A stretch of 64,000 nucleotides of DNA. Origin: Lytechinus pictus (Eukaryota). The position numbers and the translations under genes were made by a program. Under the pieces are notes generated by a model. That model made no database searches, was not told where the DNA came from, and saw nothing but the letters and a program-made list of their open reading frames with translations. The stretch lies in the NCBI RefSeq assembly GCF_037042905.1, contig NC_087251.1:24740001-24804000 (forward strand), given 5' to 3'. Below, piece by piece: positions 63,781 through 64,000 of the stretch (its first letter is position 1; every line of letters starts with the position of its first letter).

Positions 63781-64000
63781 CGAGTTTCTAGGAACATTTC
63801 AATGAATTTTATTTTTCTTTTTCTTAATTCCATTCTTTGATTTGAACATTTTTATCAAATTTGTCAGTAACTGACAATGCACATTGACATTTACCAGTGC
63901 TATATTATTTTCAAAGGCATAATTTTCTTGGTACTTATATGTGAGGCTTTTTAAAATCATAAAAGTTTCATAATAATTCACATTTTTAATTATCAAAAGA

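Noticed and set aside
60209..64000. First coding exon of TTC27
   Set aside because: No convincing ATG-containing phase-1 exon was found; it probably lies beyond the window.

Overview
Eukaryotic, AT-rich, repeat-laden animal DNA. The repeat content looks like a marine deuterostome, probably a sea urchin (inferred, not proven). Two convergent multi-exon genes can be rebuilt by hand from GT-AG junctions with consistent phases. (1) On the + strand, 1562-20353, an 11-exon gene of about 931 aa encodes two tandem BCAP/BANK1-like TIR domains, a long low-complexity linker, a TRAF6-type motif and a C-terminal MyD88-like death domain. This is an unusual TIR-TIR-IDR-DD candidate immune adaptor, and all ten of its introns are phase 1. 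(2) On the - strand, 60208-28463, 20 exons of TTC27 (first exon not found). The last TTC27 intron holds a very young 6.9-kb Gmr1-type Ty3/Gypsy element (integrase before RT, SCAN-like Gag). Its ORF is intact except that the RT has an in-frame internal deletion and RNase H is missing. The rest is introns and UTRs filled with nested non-autonomous DNA transposons, fold-back MITEs, HINE/DINE-like tandem-repeat elements and tRNA-derived SINEs. All calls come from reading the sequence; no database searches were run.
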